A stretch of 64,000 bases of DNA from an uncultured beta proteobacterium. GTDB taxonomy: Bacteria; Pseudomonadota; Gammaproteobacteria; Burkholderiales; Burkholderiaceae_F. Location of the stretch: contig CAWGRF010000022.1 of assembly GCA_963824935.1 (NCBI GenBank), positions 15,449 through 79,448 of the forward strand, given 5' to 3'. Below the pieces are notes generated by a model, which was not told where the DNA came from, did no database searches, and saw only the letters and a list, made by a program, of their open reading frames with translations. A program made the position numbers and the translations under genes. Positions 60,846-64,000 of this stretch are shown here, in pieces (the stretch's first letter is position 1; the number at the start of each line of letters is the position of its first letter).

Positions 60846-61907
60846 ATGGGTTTTAACGTCACCGTTCGTCCGAGCGGGCGTACGTTTAGCGTCGAAGGCG
60901 ACGAAACGGTGCTCGACGCGGCGCTGCGCAACGGCGTCGGCCTCCAGTACGGCTGCAAGGATGGTGCGTGCGGGACGTGCCGCGGCAAGTTGCTGGAAGG
61001 CCAGCTCGTGCATCGCGCGCACTCATCGTCGGCGCTGTCGGCAGCCGATGAGGCCAAGGGCTTTGCGCTCTTTTGCTCATCGCGCCCGCGCACCGATATC
61101 GTGATCGAAGCGCGAGAGCTGACCGGCTTCGGCGATATTCCGATTCGCAAGATGCCGGCACGCATCGCCAAGATCGAATGGCCGGCGCCCGATGTCGCCG
61201 TGATTTCGCTGCAACTGCCGACCAACGAGCGATTGCAGTTTCGTGCCGGGCAGTATCTGGACTTCATCCTGAAAGACGGCGCGCGCCGGCAGTATTCGAT
61301 CGCAACGGCGCCGCATGCGGATCTTTTGATCGAGTTGCATATCCGGCGCACACCTGGCGGTGTCTTTACCGATCGCTTGTTCGGCGCAATCGAGCCGGCG
61401 GTCAAGGAGCGCGATATCCTGCGTATCGAGGCGCCGCTCGGCACGTTTTTCCTGCGCGAAGACAGCACGCGACCGATTGTGCTGCTCGCCAGCGGCACCG
61501 GTTTTGCGCCGGTCAAGGCGATTGCCGAGCATGTGTTCTACAAGCGGATCAACCGTGATGAGGCAGGCAAGCCGGCGCGTGAGGTATGGCTGTACTGGGG
61601 CGCGCGCGTGCGACGCGACCTGTACATGCCGCAACTGCCGGAGCAGTGGGCGCGCGAACAACCGAATTTTCATTACATCCCGGTGTTGTCGGAGCCGCAG
61701 CCGGAGGACGCGTGGCAAGGCCGCACTGGCTTCGTTCATCTTGCCGTCATGCAGGATCTACCCGATCTGTCGGCGTTTCAGGTCTATGCGTGCGGTGCAC
61801 CCGTGATGACCGAAGCCGCGCGACGCGACTTCGTTGGACAATGCGGGTTGCCGGAGGATGAGTTCTTTGCCGACGCGTTCACTACGCAAGCGGATCTCGC
61901 CACCTAG
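60846..61907 (+). CDS. 2Fe-2S ferredoxin / FAD / NAD(P)H oxidoreductase (CDP-6-deoxy-delta-3,4-glucoseen reductase AscD-like, Fre family)
   Basis: 353 aa with plant-type ferredoxin Cys pattern CKDGACGTCRGKL..C, FAD-binding RQYSIA and NAD-binding LLASGTGFAPV. Confidence 0.85.
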   Translation: MGFNVTVRPSGRTFSVEGDETVLDAALRNGVGLQYGCKDGACGTCRGKLLEGQLVHRAHSSSALSAADEAKGFALFCSSRPRTDIVIEARELTGFGDIPIRKMPARIAKIEWPAPDVAVISLQLPTNERLQFRAGQYLDFILKDGARRQYSIATAPHADLLIELHIRRTPGGVFTDRLFGAIEPAVKERDILRIEAPLGTFFLREDSTRPIVLLASGTGFAPVKAIAEHVFYKRINRDEAGKPAREVWLYWGARVRRDLYMPQLPEQWAREQPNFHYIPVLSEPQPEDAWQGRTGFVHLAVMQDLPDLSAFQVYACGAPVMTEAARRDFVGQCGLPEDEFFADAFTTQADLAT

Positions 61908-61926
61908 GAACGAACGGGAAACATAG

Positions 61927-62895
61927 ATGGCAAAGCCGAGAGTATTTATCGATGGCGAACATGGAACGACCGGGCTCGAGATTCGTGAGCGGTTGGTCGC
62001 GCGCGACGACATCGAATTGGTGAGCCTGCCCGTCGAGCAGCGCAAGGACAGCTTGGCAAAGCTCGGCGTTATCAACGCCGTCGATCTGGTGATCCTGTGC
62101 CTCCCGGACGATGCCGCGCGAGAAACGGTGGCGCTCGCCGGGCAGGGCGCTACACGCTTTATCGACGCGAGCAGCGCGCACCGCACGTCGCCGGATTGGG
62201 TCTACGGCTTTCCCGAGATGACGCGCACGCAACGCACGACGATCGCTTCGGCGCAACGTGTTTCGAATCCGGGCTGCTACCCGACCGGTGCGGTGGCACT
62301 GCTGCGGCCGCTGCGCGAGCGCGAAATTCTCCCGCCGAGCACGTTGGTCAATGTCAACGCAGTATCCGGGTATTCGGGTGGAGGCCGCAGGTTAATCGAC
62401 GCGTATCAGCGCAAGCATGAGCAAAATGAGGGCCGCCCGGCCGGCATCGTTTTATACGGACTCAATCTTGCGCACAAGCATCTTCCAGAGATGCAGACGA
62501 TGGGCTTGCTAGACCGTACGCCGGTATTTACGCCGCACGTTGGTGACTTCATGCGCGGGATGCTGGTTTCGGTTCCGCTGCATACCGGCCAGTTGCCGGG
62601 GCGTGTCACTGGCGAAGCGCTGCACGCGGCGTATGTGGAGCATTTCGCGGATGAAGCGTTCATCACCGTGCGCCCACTGAACGATGCCTCCGCGCTGCGC
62701 GACGGCGCGTATCTGGAGCCGGAAGCCTTGAACGGCACGAATCGCATCGAAGTGTTCGTGTTTGCCAACGATGCGAACGAGCAGGCGCTGCTGGTGGCGC
62801 GTCTCGACAATCTCGGCAAGGGTGCAAGCGGTGCGGCGGTGCAGAACATGAATTTGATGTTCGGCTTGCCGGAAGAGACGGGGCTCAGTGGCTAG
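61927..62895 (+). CDS. argC: N-acetyl-gamma-glutamyl-phosphate reductase (short type)
   Basis: 322 aa with [11 protein letters not shown] and the active-site sequence SNPGCYPTG. Confidence 0.9.
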   Translation: MAKPRVFIDGEHGTTGLEIRERLVARDDIELVSLPVEQRKDSLAKLGVINAVDLVILCLPDDAARETVALAGQGATRFIDASSAHRTSPDWVYGFPEMTRTQRTTIASAQRVSNPGCYPTGAVALLRPLREREILPPSTLVNVNAVSGYSGGGRRLIDAYQRKHEQNEGRPAGIVLYGLNLAHKHLPEMQTMGLLDRTPVFTPHVGDFMRGMLVSVPLHTGQLPGRVTGEALHAAYVEHFADEAFITVRPLNDASALRDGAYLEPEALNGTNRIEVFVFANDANEQALLVARLDNLGKGASGAAVQNMNLMFGLPEETGLSG

Positions 62896-63799
62896 CAGCG
62901 GGCCCACCGCCGACCTGCAGAGTCTGCTGGCAGTCGAGCACGTCACGACCTATCACTACAGGCGGCCGGTTCGTTTCGGCCAGCACCGCTTGATGTTCCG
63001 CCCGCGCGAGGGGCACGACGTGCAGGTGATCGAAGCAGAGGTCGAAGTCAATGTGCCTTCGCGCGTCGACTGGATGCTCGACACGCAGTCCAACTCGGTC
63101 ACGCTGGTGACGCCGCAAGCCGAGTCGGCCGAACTGAAGATCGAGTGCCGTTTCAAAATCGAGCAGCATCGCGTGCGCAGCGCGCAAGACCTGCCGCTCG
63201 CATCGCATGCGCAGCGCTGGCCGTTTGACTACAGCGCCGAGGAGCGACGCGATCTCGGTGCAATGCTCGAGCCCCACTATCCCGATCCGGAAGGTCGGTT
63301 GTACGAATGGATGCGTCCGTTCTTTCTGCAGGCTGCGCGGCCCGACACGAAGGAGCTGCTGCTGTCGATGGCCGACGCGATAAAAAGCGGGCTGAAGTAC
63401 GAAATGCGCGACGAAGGGGGCACGCGAACGCCCGATGAAACACTGAATCGCGGCTCTGGAAGTTGTCGCGACTACGCGCTGTTGATGATCGAAGCCGTGC
63501 GGCGGCTTGGAATGGCCGGGCGTTTTGTTTCAGGCTATTTATACGACCCGGCGCTGGACAGCGGAACGGGCGAAGGTGTAGTTGGCGCGGGCGCTACTCA
63601 TGCATGGCTCGATGTTTATCTTCCAGGCGCCGGCTGGGTTCCGTTTGATCCCACCAACGCCGTCTTCAGGGGAGCGAATCTGATTCGCGTCGCCTTTGCG
63701 CGCGACCCGCAGCTTGCTGCACCGCTGACTGGAAGCTGGTTTGGCGATCCATCAGATCACGTCGGGATGGATGTAAAGGTCGCAGTCCGACGAGTGTGA
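62888..63799 (+). CDS. transglutaminase family protein
   Basis: N-terminal bacterial transglutaminase-like domain ([13 protein letters not shown]) and core triad regions [17 protein letters not shown] and FDPTN. The start is uncertain (GTG 62888). Confidence 0.85.
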   Translation: MASSGPTADLQSLLAVEHVTTYHYRRPVRFGQHRLMFRPREGHDVQVIEAEVEVNVPSRVDWMLDTQSNSVTLVTPQAESAELKIECRFKIEQHRVRSAQDLPLASHAQRWPFDYSAEERRDLGAMLEPHYPDPEGRLYEWMRPFFLQAARPDTKELLLSMADAIKSGLKYEMRDEGGTRTPDETLNRGSGSCRDYALLMIEAVRRLGMAGRFVSGYLYDPALDSGTGEGVVGAGATHAWLDVYLPGAGWVPFDPTNAVFRGANLIRVAFARDPQLAAPLTGSWFGDPSDHVGMDVKVAVRRV

Positions 63800-63801
63800 G
63801 C

Positions 63802-64000
63802 CTACCGGCGAAGGGTTGATGCCTGCCGTTGCAGCGCTGCGCGCAATCGTTGATGGACCTCTGGAGAACGTCCCGCTTGCCCGGTCGCAAGTTGCACGAA
63901 GTTTTCGGCGAGGATCTCCTCCGGGTGGATGATGTAAGCAGTGTTGTGTCCGATCTGCTCGCTAAAGCCACGCAGCTGGTTGGTCTCGTGCAAACGAGGC
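63802..64000 (-). CDS. 3' end of a gene entering from the right edge (hypothetical)
   Basis: The frame is open to the window edge. It reads ..TNQLRGFSEQIGHNTAYIIHPEEILAENFVQLATGQAGRSPEVHQRLRAALQRQ followed by a stop at 63802. The TTG at 63993 in the ORF track is probably internal. No family assigned. Confidence 0.4.
   Translation of the reverse strand, partial: PRLHETNQLRGFSEQIGHNTAYIIHPEEILAENFVQLATGQAGRSPEVHQRLRAALQRQASTLRR

Overview
High-GC (low-60s % by rough hand count) betaproteobacterial, Burkholderiales-like chromosomal segment. It is densely coding, with about 75 genes and two tRNAs (Leu-CAA, Thr-CGU). I found no rRNA, CRISPR array, transposase, integrase or phage genes. Housekeeping blocks are queA-tgt-yajC-secD-secF (32.9-38.4 kb), panC-panB-dNK-folK-pcnB-HAD-hda (45.6-51.2 kb), mutL-MFS-miaA (52.5-56.4 kb), amiC-tsaE/queG (57.2-60.2 kb), purB and argC. 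Accessory content includes a TTT transporter (tctB-tctA ... tctC/Bug), a TRAP transporter (dctPQM), an ABC-2 exporter, a SulP permease and a TonB-dependent receptor preceded by a His-rich ORF. It also includes an ada-orf-2OG-oxygenase operon, several GNATs and hydrolases, and an ECF sigma / ZAS anti-sigma operon. That operon carries an ArsS-type radical SAM gene, a metallophosphoesterase and a TVP38-flavoprotein disulfide reductase fusion. Three observations stand out. (1) At least 13 genes are interrupted by about 15 frameshift events. Almost all behave as +1 insertions and all lie in dispensable genes. This is either systematic consensus error or real gene decay, and the sequence alone cannot decide. 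(2) The tightly coupled ECF/anti-sigma/rSAM/phosphoesterase/reductase operon has no established function. (3) A 59-bp direct repeat exactly brackets the dctPQM cassette. I did not find a clear-cut novel defence or mobile system. All family assignments come from motif and pattern recognition by eye, not from database searches.
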